64,000 bases of DNA from Candidatus Bathyarchaeota archaeon. GTDB lineage: Archaea; Thermoproteota; Bathyarchaeia; Bathyarchaeales; Bathycorpusculaceae. Shown here piece after piece: positions 46,914 to 57,617 of this stretch. The notes beneath the pieces were generated by a model that was not told the DNA's origin, searched no databases, and saw nothing but the letters and a program-made list of their open reading frames with translations. The translations under genes were made by a program, and so were the position numbers. The DNA lies in contig CAWGZR010000005.1 of the NCBI GenBank assembly GCA_963827165.1, positions 1 to 64,000 of the forward strand, in the 5' to 3' direction. How positions within the stretch are numbered: the first letter of the stretch is position 1; every line of letters begins with the position of its first letter.

Positions 46914-47849
46914 CTATGCCTTGGCTTTTCTAACGTAGGCTGAAGCACGCATCGCAGCCATTGCGCCTTCCCCAGCCGCCGTGACCACCTGCATCCCGCC
47001 GCATGTACAGTCTCCAGCAGCGAACACACCTTCGACATTTGTTTTCTGTTGTCGATCAACAGTTAAGCAGCCTGATGGGTCGGTGGCTACTCCAGCGTTT
47101 TTAACTATGGATGTCATAGGTACTCCGCCTAAAGAAACAAAAACGCCTTTAACGGCCCGCTCCAACTCGCGTTTTGAATTGAACTCTAGAATTTTCACAG
47201 ATTTAACCACCTGCTCGCCCACGATTCTTACAACTTGCCCCATGATGACTTCAATGTTCGCTCTGCTTCTGAGCCTATCCATGAGGGCACCTTCAAAATT
47301 TAGTTGTTGCTGCTCACTCACAAGCAGAACCTGGCTTGCCAAATCTGACATGAATAGGGCGTCGATAGCTGCTTCTTCGCCGTTGCCCACCACTGCCACC
47401 GTCGCGTTCCTAAAGAATGGACCATCACAGGTTACACAGAAGCTGACGCCACGTCCGACAAAATCGGTTTCGCCTGCCACAAGCAGTTTTCTGCGTTGAG
47501 TCCCAGTTGCGATAATCACTGCAGACGCCTCGTAGCTTTGTTTTCGGGATATGACCCGTTTGAATTCGCCCTTCAGCTCCAACGCCACAACTTCCTCGCC
47601 TTCCGCGATCTCCGCTTGAAAACGCAGAGCCTGCAAACGCATTTTCTCCGCTAATTCGCTGCCTTTAACGCCGAATTCGAAGCCGGGAAAATTCTCGATT
47701 TTAGGCGCCAACCATGCCCTGCCGCCGACGACGCCTGCCTCCAAAACAACGGTTTTCAACCCCAGCCACGAAGTGTAAATTGCGGCGGTCAACCCTGCGG
47801 GTCCGCCTCCGATAATCAAAACGTCGATCTTTTTGCTTTCTGCTTCCAT
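46914..47849 (-). CDS. trxB: thioredoxin reductase
   Basis: GGGPAGLTAA, CVTCDG, GVFAAGD. Confidence 0.95.
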   Translation of the reverse strand: MEAESKKIDVLIIGGGPAGLTAAIYTSWLGLKTVVLEAGVVGGRAWLAPKIENFPGFEFGVKGSELAEKMRLQALRFQAEIAEGEEVVALELKGEFKRVISRKQSYEASAVIIATGTQRRKLLVAGETDFVGRGVSFCVTCDGPFFRNATVAVVGNGEEAAIDALFMSDLASQVLLVSEQQQLNFEGALMDRLRSRANIEVIMGQVVRIVGEQVVKSVKILEFNSKRELERAVKGVFVSLGGVPMTSIVKNAGVATDPSGCLTVDRQQKTNVEGVFAAGDCTCGGMQVVTAAGEGAMAAMRASAYVRKAKA

Positions 47850-48006
47850 TTTGACTTCACCAAAAACTCAGTATCCTAACTTTACTGTATCCAACGGAGG
47901 TTGAATAGGTTTTCGATTGCTGTGCTGTGAGAAAGGAAATTTTAGGTGGTTTTTAGTTTGGGTTTTTAAGGTGCACCGCCCTAAATGGTTTTAGGGTGTC
48001 ATTGGC

Positions 48007-48447
48007 TTGCAGCAAAATGAGGAGCTTAATGCGTCAACTTTCCAGACTTACATGTATCTTGTTAAAGTAGGCAAGCCCGTTGGACCAAGGGACGTCATGC
48101 GTGGAGCCAACCTAAGCAGCCCCAGCGTGGCTTACAGGAATCTTCAGAAACTCGTAGATCTTGAATTAGTGGTCAAAGACGAGTACAGCAACTACGTTAT
48201 CAAAGAAAAAGCAAAAATGAAAGGCTACATGTGGTTTGGCAAAACTTTGTTGCCGAGCTTTGTTATATTCGGCTTCATATTTGTAGGCGTATTGATTGCT
48301 GAAATCGGCATTTTGGTTCCGCACCTGATCTTGGGCTCTTCGATTCAAGAGTCATTCTGGCTCTGGATCATAACCACCATTGCCGCCGCACTGCTTTTTC
48401 TGGTCACAGCCGTACGCTTCAGAATGAAGCTTAAGAACCAGCCTTAA
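48007..48447 (+). CDS. membrane-anchored wHTH regulator (2 TM)
   Basis: VGPRDVMRGANLSSPSVAYRNLQKL; palindrome CCCTAAA-N4-TTTAGGG at 47979-47996. Confidence 0.85.
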   Translation: MQQNEELNASTFQTYMYLVKVGKPVGPRDVMRGANLSSPSVAYRNLQKLVDLELVVKDEYSNYVIKEKAKMKGYMWFGKTLLPSFVIFGFIFVGVLIAEIGILVPHLILGSSIQESFWLWIITTIAAALLFLVTAVRFRMKLKNQP

Positions 48448-48513
48448 AAACACAGCGCGCATGCAGGAAATTTAGGGTTCTAAAAAAAATAAAAAGAAAG
48501 GTTAGTTGTTTGT

Positions 48514-50163
48514 TTATTCTTCGCCTTGGGGACCGCCCATTCCGCCTGGGCCGCCTGCTCCGCCTTTGGGCGATTTAGCTGTTATCACGTCGTCGATGCG
48601 CAGTATCATGGCTGCTGATTCCGCTGCTGATTTGATAGCTTGTTCTTTAACAACGATTGGCTCGATGACTCCGTTTGCGATGCTGTCTTGCAATTTGCCT
48701 GTGAAGACATTGATGCCAAAGTTTTTGCCGTCCGCTGTGTCGTGTTTTTGGCGAAGTTCAACGAGGATGTCTATGGGTTCTAAACCTGCGTTTTCGGCGA
48801 GTGTGCGTGGGATGACTTCAACGGCGTCTGCAAATGCTTCAACGGCTAGTTGTTCTCGTCCGCCGACTTTGGTCGCGTATTTGCGTAGTTCCTTAGCGAT
48901 TTCGACTTCAACTGCGCCGCCGCCTGGAACAATCTTATTGTTTTCAATAACGTCAGAAACCACTGATAACGAGTCAATCATGGCTCTTTCTGCTTCGTCA
49001 ACGAGGCGTTCAAGCCCTGCGCGGATAAGTATTGCAACGCTATGCGCATCTTTGCATTTTTCGACGAAGATCATTTTGTCGTCGCCGATTTTGCGTTCTG
49101 TAACTGATCCTGCGAAGCCAAGATCTGCAGCTTTAAGGTCGTCTAGATCGCTGATTATGCGTGCACCTGTTGCTCTTGAGAGTTTCTCCATGTCGGATTC
49201 TTTTACGCGTCGCGCCGCCATTATGCCGACTTTGGATAGGAAATGCTGAACCATGTCGTCGATGCCTTTCTGGCAGAACACCACGTCTGCGCCTGAAGCC
49301 TTAACTTTGGTAACCATCTTCTGCAGCATGTCGTCTTCCTGATTTAGGAAAGCCTTCATCTGAGACGGGTCTTTTATTCGGATTTCCGCGCTTATCTCGG
49401 TTTTCTCGATTTCAAGCGCTGCATCCAGCAAAGCGATCTTTGCGTTTTCCTTACTCTTAGGCATTCCAGGGTTTACGACTTCTTTGTCGATGATTATGCC
49501 TTGGATAAGTTGGGTTTCAAGAAGGCTTTTACCTGTTTTCTTTATGAGTTGGATATTATCGATGTCCGCAATGGTTTTGTCTCCCCGTTGCTCAGCAATC
49601 TGTTTGACGGCTTCGATGCTTATTTCCGCCAAATGCTCGCGTGCGCTGCCGACGGCCTTGCTGCTCATGCTTGTTAAGGAAACCTTGAGTAGGGTGGCTT
49701 TGTCGTTGACGTCCAGTGGAGTGGCAAGTTTGTTTATGACTTCGATAGCTTTCTGGCTGGCTTTTCGGTAGCCGCTGACCAATATTATTGGGTGGATGTT
49801 TTGGTCAAGGAGTTCCTCAGCTCTTTTGAGGAGTTCACTTGCAAGAACCACTGCAGTTGTTGTTCCGTCGCCGACCATGTCGTCTTGGGTTTTTGCGATT
49901 TCAACCATCATTTTGGCTGCGGGGTGTTCAACGTCGATTTCCTTGAGGATTGCGGCGCCGTCGTTTGTTATTGTTATGTCTCCCAGGCTGTCGATGAGCA
50001 TTTTATCCATGCCTCTTGGGCCAAGGGTGGTTTTGAGCACTTCGCCTATGACGCGTGCCGCCATGATGTTGTTTCTTTGGGCTTCTTTGCCCCTGCTTCT
50101 TTGTGTTCCTTCTTTTAGAATGAGGACTGGCTGTCCTGAATTGGTTGTTGTTAAATACGCCAT
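48514..50163 (-). CDS. ths: thermosome (group II chaperonin) subunit
   Basis: [26 protein letters not shown] tail. Confidence 0.98.
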   Translation of the reverse strand: MAYLTTTNSGQPVLILKEGTQRSRGKEAQRNNIMAARVIGEVLKTTLGPRGMDKMLIDSLGDITITNDGAAILKEIDVEHPAAKMMVEIAKTQDDMVGDGTTTAVVLASELLKRAEELLDQNIHPIILVSGYRKASQKAIEVINKLATPLDVNDKATLLKVSLTSMSSKAVGSAREHLAEISIEAVKQIAEQRGDKTIADIDNIQLIKKTGKSLLETQLIQGIIIDKEVVNPGMPKSKENAKIALLDAALEIEKTEISAEIRIKDPSQMKAFLNQEDDMLQKMVTKVKASGADVVFCQKGIDDMVQHFLSKVGIMAARRVKESDMEKLSRATGARIISDLDDLKAADLGFAGSVTERKIGDDKMIFVEKCKDAHSVAILIRAGLERLVDEAERAMIDSLSVVSDVIENNKIVPGGGAVEVEIAKELRKYATKVGGREQLAVEAFADAVEVIPRTLAENAGLEPIDILVELRQKHDTADGKNFGINVFTGKLQDSIANGVIEPIVVKEQAIKSAAESAAMILRIDDVITAKSPKGGAGGPGGMGGPQGEE

Positions 50164-50381
50164 ATGTTACACCATCTTAATAGAACTTGTTTTTATTATA
50201 TCGGAAATAAGCAAAAAGTCAACGGAAATATAAACTTTTAGCTTCGGAAACTGTAGGTTTCCGATTTTTCAGGTTGGGTACATGGTTTTTTGGATTACAT
50301 TTTTGGTTTGAGGCTAAAGGGTTGTTGTTGCGATTTGTCTGATGGCTCGGGCGGATGGCGCTCCATCGGGATTGATTGATT

Positions 50382-51782
50382 TTAATCGGACGACTTCTGA
50401 GCAACAATGCGACCAGCCTTGATGGCGTCCAGCATAGCTTGATAATCATGCTCGACTTGTTCTGCGTAGGAAACGCTAAAGTCTGCAATCGCCTCATCGA
50501 ACGATTTACCCCCATCCAGATACCCTGAAATCCCAGCGGCATCTCCAGAACGGGCATGACCAAGCGCCAAACAGTTACTACAGCACAAAAGATAATCCTT
50601 AAAACCTGTAACATTCAACACGGAAACATCAACGGACCCTTTCATATCTCTTAGTTGGCGCCAATAATAATCACGTCCGGAAGAAGCAAAACCGCGGCTC
50701 CACCCCAAAAAAGCGTCGCTTGCCGACTGCATTAACCGCTGCCCAGTCACCACACGGTCCGCATGATTGGCAAATTCCCCGGGACCAAGATATCGTTCCA
50801 ACACAGAAGACCCCGCTTCCTTTTGCTGCAAAACAATTTCGTCATCTGTTGAGTTAGCTTCCAACAAAGCTACGAAGCACCTGGTTCCCACGCTGCCCAC
50901 ACCCACAACTCTTAGCGCGGCATCAACAAGATGATAACGATACAGCAGCTCGCGACGATTTATTTCAACGCTGGTGACGTACTCAAGCCAAGCTTTTTCC
51001 AGGTCGTTTCTTGATACCTGAATTTTACTTTCAGGATTGTCTGTTAAGGGAACCATAAGGGGTGGATTATTGATAAATTGTCGTTGAGAACCCACGACTT
51101 CAGTGAACTGCTCAAGTGATTGTTGCTCCGTTCTACTGCGGGCTTTCTTAATGGTTTTTGTCAGAATTTTCGACGCTTTTTTGGAGTTCTGAAACGTTTC
51201 TAAAAACTTCTTAGCATCCACATGGTAATACCACAATTCCAGAGTTAGCATATTGGCAAAGTTGGTTATTGCCTTACGATACTTTCTAGAAGTGTACCTC
51301 GCTAATTCGCGGCAATCTTCAGGTTTAAACCCGTTGTCCAGCCCCGCAACAACTGCGCTGACTGCTAACCGTTTGAGGTCCCACTCCCACGGACCAGGGA
51401 AACATTCATCAAAGTCATTTATGTCAAAAATTAGTTTGCGCTCCGGCGAAGCAAAGATCCCGAAATTGGATACGTGCGCGTCGCCGCACAACATTGTTTC
51501 GATTCCGGTGACGGGTGTAACTGTAAGGTCAGCTGCCATTACAACGGCTGAACCCTTAAGATAAGCAAAAGCTGAAGCCGCCATGCGGCTATATTTGATA
51601 GGTAGCAAGAACTGCAATCGTCCTTTGTCATTTTCTTGAATTAGGTTGACGGGGTCTTCGATATTACTGGGGCGTTTCCATTCACGGTGGCTCCACCAAG
51701 GAATCTTTGAACTAAGCTCTTTCCCTTTTTGCCAACGCTCCTGATGACTAAAACCGCTATTTGGCGGAATAGATGAAATGAT
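50382..51782 (-). CDS. DUF2252 family kinase-like protein; frame extends 55 codons upstream to an ATC after GGAGG
   Basis: CGDAHVSNFG, FDINDFDE, VVGVGSVG, YWRQLRDMKGS; upstream in-frame ERWQKGKEL..SH.EW..DPVNLI..GR matches the family N-terminus. Confidence 0.9.
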   Translation of the reverse strand: MISSIPPNSGFSHQERWQKGKELSSKIPWWSHREWKRPSNIEDPVNLIQENDKGRLQFLLPIKYSRMAASAFAYLKGSAVVMAADLTVTPVTGIETMLCGDAHVSNFGIFASPERKLIFDINDFDECFPGPWEWDLKRLAVSAVVAGLDNGFKPEDCRELARYTSRKYRKAITNFANMLTLELWYYHVDAKKFLETFQNSKKASKILTKTIKKARSRTEQQSLEQFTEVVGSQRQFINNPPLMVPLTDNPESKIQVSRNDLEKAWLEYVTSVEINRRELLYRYHLVDAALRVVGVGSVGTRCFVALLEANSTDDEIVLQQKEAGSSVLERYLGPGEFANHADRVVTGQRLMQSASDAFLGWSRGFASSGRDYYWRQLRDMKGSVDVSVLNVTGFKDYLLCCSNCLALGHARSGDAAGISGYLDGGKSFDEAIADFSVSYAEQVEHDYQAMLDAIKAGRIVAQKSSD

Positions 51783-52271
51783 TCTCTATACCTCCTTTTT
51801 GTTACGATTACCCATTCATTTGGCAACGGTCAGTTGCCAACAATCAGTTATTTTTATTCAGAAATAAAGATATGTGATTGTCTATGATCCTCACAAATTT
51901 AAAAATTTACGATTAGCCCCTAACGCCTCAAAAAAATTATGAATTTGAAGAAAACCGCCCTATTCCTTTTCTTCTTTATGCCTGATCTTGTAGCGCAACT
52001 TATCTGTCTTATCAACTGTGAAAGCGTCAGGGCATGGACCTACCTTATCCGTATTGTTTTTTTAGGCTCCAGAAGAATTCCCTTTCCCGTATCGGTCACT
52101 GCGAGTTTTGTGCCTTCTTCGATTTTGTATTTTCTGGGAGTTTTCAAAGCGATGTTGTTACTTTTGAATGCGTATTATTTTTAAGGATTACAGAAAAATT
52201 CTCAGGTCGATTGGACAAGGTTACGAAGGTTTTTTAGCCGCAGGCCACCACATACCTAACAATGACCTTGT

Positions 52272-52808
52272 ATGAGCTTGCTTGACCAAAACGATTTCAT
52301 AATGCAGAAAAAAATCCTCTCCGCCCACGAACACTACGACTTCATGGACCTGCAAGGCAACAAGCTAGCCGAAGCTGACGCCAACCTCATCCAGATCCCA
52401 CCCAAATTTCAAGTCAAAGATATTCACAACATCGAACTCATGCATCTGCAGGGCAAGACCCTGAGCTTCCGCCATGAATTCACCCTCTACGGCTCCGACG
52501 GCGAAGAACTTGGAACCATGAAGCGTAAGATAGCTAAGCTGGTCGGCGAAGAATTCTGGGTTGAAAAAAACGGTCAGGAATTCATGCGTATCTATGGAGA
52601 CTTCACTGAACACGAATACCAATTTGAAGTCGCCGGTCAATCCGTTGCCGCAGTCCACAAAAAATGGGTGACGCTAAGAGACCAAATGGGAGTCTCAATA
52701 ACTGGCAACGCGGATCATCGAATAATCATAGGTGCTGTTATTGTGATAGAACACGTGGAGGTAACAGAAAATAAATCCTCTTCAAGTTCTTCTAACTTAA
52801 GATTGTAG
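52272..52808 (+). CDS. LURP-one/scramblase (Tubby C-like) protein
   Basis: MQKKILS, IYGDFTEHEY, VHKKW..RDQMGV. Confidence 0.85.
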   Translation: MSLLDQNDFIMQKKILSAHEHYDFMDLQGNKLAEADANLIQIPPKFQVKDIHNIELMHLQGKTLSFRHEFTLYGSDGEELGTMKRKIAKLVGEEFWVEKNGQEFMRIYGDFTEHEYQFEVAGQSVAAVHKKWVTLRDQMGVSITGNADHRIIIGAVIVIEHVEVTENKSSSSSSNLRL

Positions 52809-52812
52809 TTTA

Positions 52813-53145
52813 CTATTTTTTGCGTATGTTGCATTGGAGTACTTTGGGGCAGATTAGGCATTCGTCTTGTGTTAGCATGGTTTCTCCCGGGGCGTGGAGT
52901 AGGCTGCTGTAGTGGGCGCATTTGGCTGGGCTGTCGAAGACCGTTGGGTACTCGGTTGGTTTGACTTCAATGACCTTGTTTTTTTCGGTTCTGATGTCGA
53001 GTTTGCTCATGCAGTAGGGGCAGGCGAAATGAGTTTGCCGCGGAATGGTGCTTGTGTCGGTTATGACGGTCGGCTTGTCAAATAGTTTTTCGCATCCTTT
53101 GTAAGGGCATTTGAGTTTTTGCTCATGCCCATGGAAAAGCTGCAC
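52813..53145 (-). CDS. zinc-finger protein
   Basis: CPYKGC, CPYC, CAH, CLICP..C. Confidence 0.8.
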   Translation of the reverse strand: MQLFHGHEQKLKCPYKGCEKLFDKPTVITDTSTIPRQTHFACPYCMSKLDIRTEKNKVIEVKPTEYPTVFDSPAKCAHYSSLLHAPGETMLTQDECLICPKVLQCNIRKK

Positions 53146-53324
53146 GTCACTCGCCTCCCATGTTGTATCCTATCGAATATAGCAATATTTAATAAACTTA
53201 TCAGCCGACGGCACATCATGCATAATTGCACAACACAAATACACAAAGCACCCAAAAGCAACATCCAAACCATTTTTCAGAGACTTATTATTCAATCTTA
53301 CACATATCTGCCGGCTGTGGTCTA

Positions 53325-53890
53325 TTGAGTATAATTAATGTTGGGTATGCTACCTGTTAATTACGCCAAAGGCAAAGATGCTAGTAGACGTTGGTTGGCC
53401 AGGTGGAATGCAAGAGCTCAAGTGGAGTCTAGCTGAGGCAAATTTATCAGTGAAAGATATCACGCACGTTCTGATTACCCATTACCACATCGACCATAGC
53501 GGAATCGCCCAGGAATTGAAGGACAAAGGCGCAAAACTTGTGGTTATGGAAAGCCAAATCGAGAATATGAATGACCAGAAGAAATTCATCAGACCGCCTT
53601 TGGTGTTTCACGAGATAAAGAATGAAGGCAACATTGTGCTAGCCTTTAGTGATATCGAGTTTTCCTCAAAACTTTAGGCATTGAGGGCGAAATTATCTCT
53701 ACTATGGGACATAGCGTCGATCATGTTTCCCTCGTTCTAGATGAAGGCACCGCTTTCACGGGAGACCTGCCGCCTGAAAATAGCTCGCCAAAAGGAGGCA
53801 GTGCCTTAAGGGATTGACAACATGTCCGAGCCATGAAGGCAAAGAGAATCTATCCCGCACACGGTCAATCATATGAATTGCCCGCTCGAA
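53325..53890 (+). pseudogene. metallo-beta-lactamase fold hydrolase, frameshifted
   Basis: THYHIDH in ORF 53378..53677; GHSVDH and FTGDLPP continue in another frame after ~53660. Confidence 0.75.
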
Positions 53891-54182
53891 CCTGAAAGGC
53901 CCACCGAGTATAGAACAAGTCATTTCATAGCCTATAGATAGCACGCAGTCACAAGAATTGGCGTCTAAATCTGCATAGTCAACTTGACCTTTGCGAAAAA
54001 CAATCATCAAATAAGAAACTCGACAATCATCGATTCACATAATGTCGAAGTCTTTTTTTTGACTCGCTTTGTTTGCTGCAGTTAAGATGTTTGTTCAACA
54101 TTTCATAATAAATATGAACAAATCTCAAACAGCCTTATATCGATTCGCGACCCAATAACATCAAAAAAGAATGGTGGAAAAA

Positions 54183-54248
54183 ATGGAAAAAACATCCCCA
54201 AAGAAAACCGCTCCAAAAGGAGAAATCCTGTACTTTCCGCATATATAG
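54183..54248 (+). CDS. 21-aa micropeptide
   Basis: MEKTSPKKTAPKGEILYFPHI*; GGTGG upstream. Confidence 0.35.
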   Translation: MEKTSPKKTAPKGEILYFPHI

Positions 54249-54258
54249 GTGAGAAAAA

Positions 54259-54372
54259 ATGATCGTGGAAACAAGTTTGCCCATATTTGTGCTTTGCGCA
54301 AGTTCGTTGGCGGCAGCCTTCGTTTATTATAATACGAAATACCGAAAATTCATCAGGGAAAATCCACCTTAA
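54259..54372 (+). CDS. 37-aa single-TM micropeptide
   Basis: MIVETSLPIFVLCASSLAAAFVYYNTKYRKFIRENPP*; AGGTGA SD. Confidence 0.5.
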   Translation: MIVETSLPIFVLCASSLAAAFVYYNTKYRKFIRENPP

Positions 54373-54531
54373 TCCAGCCTACCCAGATCGAACACAAAAG
54401 AAAACAGGAGGAGATGACAAAAGAGCCGAAAACAAAATGAAAAGGAATCTTCAAAGCCAATTCCGAGTCCGCCAGAACACGAAATTGGCTTCCTTTTTTC
54501 TTCTTTTGGCCAAGTTTTTTTGAAATATAAG

Positions 54532-54608
54532 TGGAGCCTCGAGCGGGCTTCGGTCCCGCGGCCTGCTGCTTACGAGGCAGCCGCTCTACTAGGCTGAGCC
54601 ATCGAGGC
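54532..54608 (-). tRNA. tRNA-Thr(CGT), CCA encoded, atypical D and T loops
   Basis: GCCTCGA/TCGAGGC acceptor; GCTGC CTCGTAA GCAGC; T loop ACCGAAG. Confidence 0.9.
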
Positions 54609-54947
54609 ACACCGTTTATGTTTGCTAATCAGTGAAACCCAAGTTTTTAAATGTTTTATTGTTGGATTTGTGTGTTAAAAAGCATTAATTCAACATGCTA
54701 TAGCGTACTTCGATTTCCATGTTGAACCGAGGGTAGGTTCTATTCACGCACATGCGCTTCTCCACGATGCGTTGTTTTCTCGTCTACTGTGGAGTCTAGA
54801 TTTACCGCCTGTTTGGAGCATCAAGAAAACGGTGGCAGGGGTACGGAAAAAACCAACAGGAAGAGGTCTGTTTTGATGCAACCCAACCACAAGAACGGGC
54901 TAGCGCCAATTTTAAAAGCATTAGACAGCTTATCTTGACTTACAGTT

Positions 54948-55994
54948 TTGAATCCGAGGACTATCGATTTGGCTGACAAAAAAACAGGAAAAAAACTAGT
55001 CCGAGAAAATGTAAATATCGGCGAGAGAAGAATAATTGACATCATAGCCCGCCACCTCGAAATAATGCCTAACATGCCCGTGCCCTTTGGCGACGACGTG
55101 TCCGCCGTCAGCCTAGACGAAAAGCAGGTGGCAGTACTTAAAACTGACATGATGGTAGGCAAAACCGACGTGCCTCCCAACATGAGCCTTTGGCAAGCTT
55201 CACGCAAAGCGGTCGTGATGAACATCAGCGACTTTGCATCCAAAGGAGTCCAACCTAAAGCCGCCCTTGTAGCTCTTGGCCTACCCAAAGGACTCATGCA
55301 AAAGGATATTGAAGAAATCGCACGGGGTCTAAACGCTGGCGCAAGGGAATATGGAGCGTACATTGTCGGCGGGGACACGGGTGAAGCCTCAGACCTCATA
55401 GTTTCTATTAGTTTATACGGTTCGGCAGAGAAAACGAGTTTGATGCTTCGCAACGGTGCTAAGCCAGGCGACGTGTTGGCAGTCACAGGGTTCTTCGGCA
55501 AATCAGCTGCAGGGTTGCGTCTGCTGATGAATAATTGTTCAGCGTCCCCTCATCTGCGCGAGGTTTTGGTTGGGGCAGTGTGCATGCCTAAAGCCCGCTT
55601 AAAAGAGGGGTTAGCTCTTAGCCGCTCAGGTGCCGTGTCAGCATCGATTGATTCAAGCGACGGCTTGGCTTGGAGCCTGCATGAAATCGCCAAAATGAGC
55701 AATGTTGGCTTCATAGTTAACACCGTTCCCGTCTCTGACGAGGTGAGGCGGTTTGCGGAATTCAACCATCTTGACCCTTTGGAGCTGGCGCTCTACGGTG
55801 GCGAAGAATATGAGTTGGTCACAACCGTCAAACCTGACAAGTGGGTTGAAGCTGAAGCCGCAGTCGAAGAAGTCGGAGGATGCCTATTGCCCATTGGAAA
55901 GGCTACAAGGGATACTCAGATGCTCTTAGATGTTGATGGGGTCAAAGGTACTGTTGAAGCCCGGGGCTGGGAACATTTCAAAAGCAAGGTTTAG
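54948..55994 (+). CDS. thiL: thiamine-monophosphate kinase
   Basis: FGDD, MNISDFASKG, VGGDT, IDSSDGL, GGEEYEL, GWEHF. Confidence 0.95.
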   Translation: MNPRTIDLADKKTGKKLVRENVNIGERRIIDIIARHLEIMPNMPVPFGDDVSAVSLDEKQVAVLKTDMMVGKTDVPPNMSLWQASRKAVVMNISDFASKGVQPKAALVALGLPKGLMQKDIEEIARGLNAGAREYGAYIVGGDTGEASDLIVSISLYGSAEKTSLMLRNGAKPGDVLAVTGFFGKSAAGLRLLMNNCSASPHLREVLVGAVCMPKARLKEGLALSRSGAVSASIDSSDGLAWSLHEIAKMSNVGFIVNTVPVSDEVRRFAEFNHLDPLELALYGGEEYELVTTVKPDKWVEAEAAVEEVGGCLLPIGKATRDTQMLLDVDGVKGTVEARGWEHFKSKV

Positions 55995-56551
55995 CCTTTG
56001 CAATCCAGTAGATAATTGATTATCGTTATGCATGAAGCTGCCAAGTAAGGTTGTTTGCCTAAACTGATTTTTTCGCCAAACCTAAGCGCAAAGCGCTCCA
56101 CGTTTCTGGGTAACCCAACATGGTCGCCAAGTACAAAAACTGCGTCATCAGCGAGTTCCATGTCAGCGACGTTTTTTCCCCCCTCTTCCAAGACATAAAC
56201 TTGATGCGCCGGGGCTTCGGATTTGAGCAGTGCTTCGAAACTTGTTTTGTCGGTGCTGATGCCTGGGTGGGGTTTGCCTGCGATGGTTTTTCTGAGAATT
56301 TGCTGCCATGTATCCACGTCTGTGCGAACGTCGTATAGTTTTTCGCCGTCGATTTTTATATGCAGCGGAGGGTTCGGGGGGCCGTTCAATATAGTGTGGA
56401 AGGTCACGTCTCTACGCAGGCCGTGGGAAAGGAAGAGGCTGGCAACTATGCATTCGTGCGCGATGTCTAAGCGTCCAGCGTCATGAAGATCATGAAAAAA
56501 GGCATCGGTTTTTCCCAGACGCGAGAACAGGATAAATTGTCGTGGCAACAC
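55991..56551 (-). CDS. trmY: tRNA pseudouridine-54 N1-methyltransferase (SPOUT)
   Basis: AGRLDI..C..SLFLSHGLRRDV, FVLGDHVGL. Confidence 0.9.
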   Translation of the reverse strand: MLPRQFILFSRLGKTDAFFHDLHDAGRLDIAHECIVASLFLSHGLRRDVTFHTILNGPPNPPLHIKIDGEKLYDVRTDVDTWQQILRKTIAGKPHPGISTDKTSFEALLKSEAPAHQVYVLEEGGKNVADMELADDAVFVLGDHVGLPRNVERFALRFGEKISLGKQPYLAASCITIINYLLDCKG

Positions 56552-56620
56552 AGTTCACATTTTAGTGCTACGCGAGCTTGCCTAAAAGCCCTTCCCAAAC
56601 GATAATGTCAAGCCCGAGAT

Positions 56621-56977
56621 TTAGACAATCAAATGCAGTAAGACAAGAATGTTGTTTACAACAACAACGGCGGTGAACAATACGATAGTGAAGTATGCGA
56701 TTCTTAAGGTTTTCAGGGCAATTTTGAACGAGTTCGAGCTAGGATCAAATACCCGCATTAAGATCTTCCTCGCCAAAACAAAAATCAGTCCCACCACAAC
56801 GGTAACTGTTAACTTTACAATTACGAAACCTGACAGGTTAGAGCTCACTAACCCTGCAAGGAATGGATTTAACTCCTGAGTGCCAAAAAACAAAGCGCCG
56901 ACAACCGTAGTTAAACAATCCATTGATCCCATAAAAATCAGAAACAAGCAACTCGATACAGTTCGGGAACTCTGCAA
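56621..56977 (-). CDS. DUF5658-like membrane protein
   Basis: DCLTT..G..ELNP..K..NN motif, 3 TM. Confidence 0.8.
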   Translation of the reverse strand: MQSSRTVSSCLFLIFMGSMDCLTTVVGALFFGTQELNPFLAGLVSSNLSGFVIVKLTVTVVVGLIFVLARKILMRVFDPSSNSFKIALKTLRIAYFTIVLFTAVVVVNNILVLLHLIV

Positions 56978-57212
56978 AACTTTCAGCTCCTTTTCGATTA
57001 AAAACTAAGCTACAAGTTTTCAAGTAAGGATTTAGCGAAAAGCAAAGGTTGCCAAAATCCAGTTGTTTTATGTTATAGACTTTGAAGGCTTGTAGTTTCC
57101 AAAGTAACTAATGTTTGAATGAGTTTTTATATGTTCACTACTTTGAGGGAGGCAATAGGGTGGAATGGGTAACTTAAAAACTTTACAAGCTAAGCCCGTT
57201 TTGCAACTCTGG

Positions 57213-57617
57213 TCAGATTAAAACCCTTTTAATTATGGCTGAGTGATTCGCGTTTTTCTCCATGAACACGCTTATCTTGTTTTCACCAATCTTCATAAAA
57301 AGCACTTTGAGGCTGCTACCTTCAACTAAAGCACTTTCAATTTCAGCAACGCTAATTTGTTTTGCAATTTCCACACTGGATTGATCCAGTTGATAAGAAA
57401 AAAGCGCGTACTGACTAATTTTATCGTCTTCCGCCAAATCTAGCACGGCTGAAACGTTGCTTCTTATTATGTAGCCTAAAACCCCGTCCAGCTTGCGTAT
57501 TTCAACTAGGCTGGCGCCTAAACTTGCAAAAGCGGGATCTTCACTGTCCGCAGTTGTTACGGCGACAACATCGGTCAATGCTGTTTCCGTGTGGTTGGCA
57601 ATTGCGTTCTTTGTCAA
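57213..57617 (-). CDS. Roadblock/LC7-like protein
   Basis: LVEIRKLDGVLGYII..; ALVEG..VLFMKIGENKISVF. Confidence 0.75.
   Translation of the reverse strand: MTKNAIANHTETALTDVVAVTTADSEDPAFASLGASLVEIRKLDGVLGYIIRSNVSAVLDLAEDDKISQYALFSYQLDQSSVEIAKQISVAEIESALVEGSSLKVLFMKIGENKISVFMEKNANHSAIIKRVLI

Noticed and set aside
48506-50233. Long antisense ORFs over the thermosome gene (likewise 46981..47499, 54821..55501, 26427..26924, 63390..63707)
   Set aside because: Shadow ORFs from codon bias opposite well-supported genes; no motifs
54353-54610. 85-aa ORF
   Set aside because: Overlaps tRNA-Thr on the same strand
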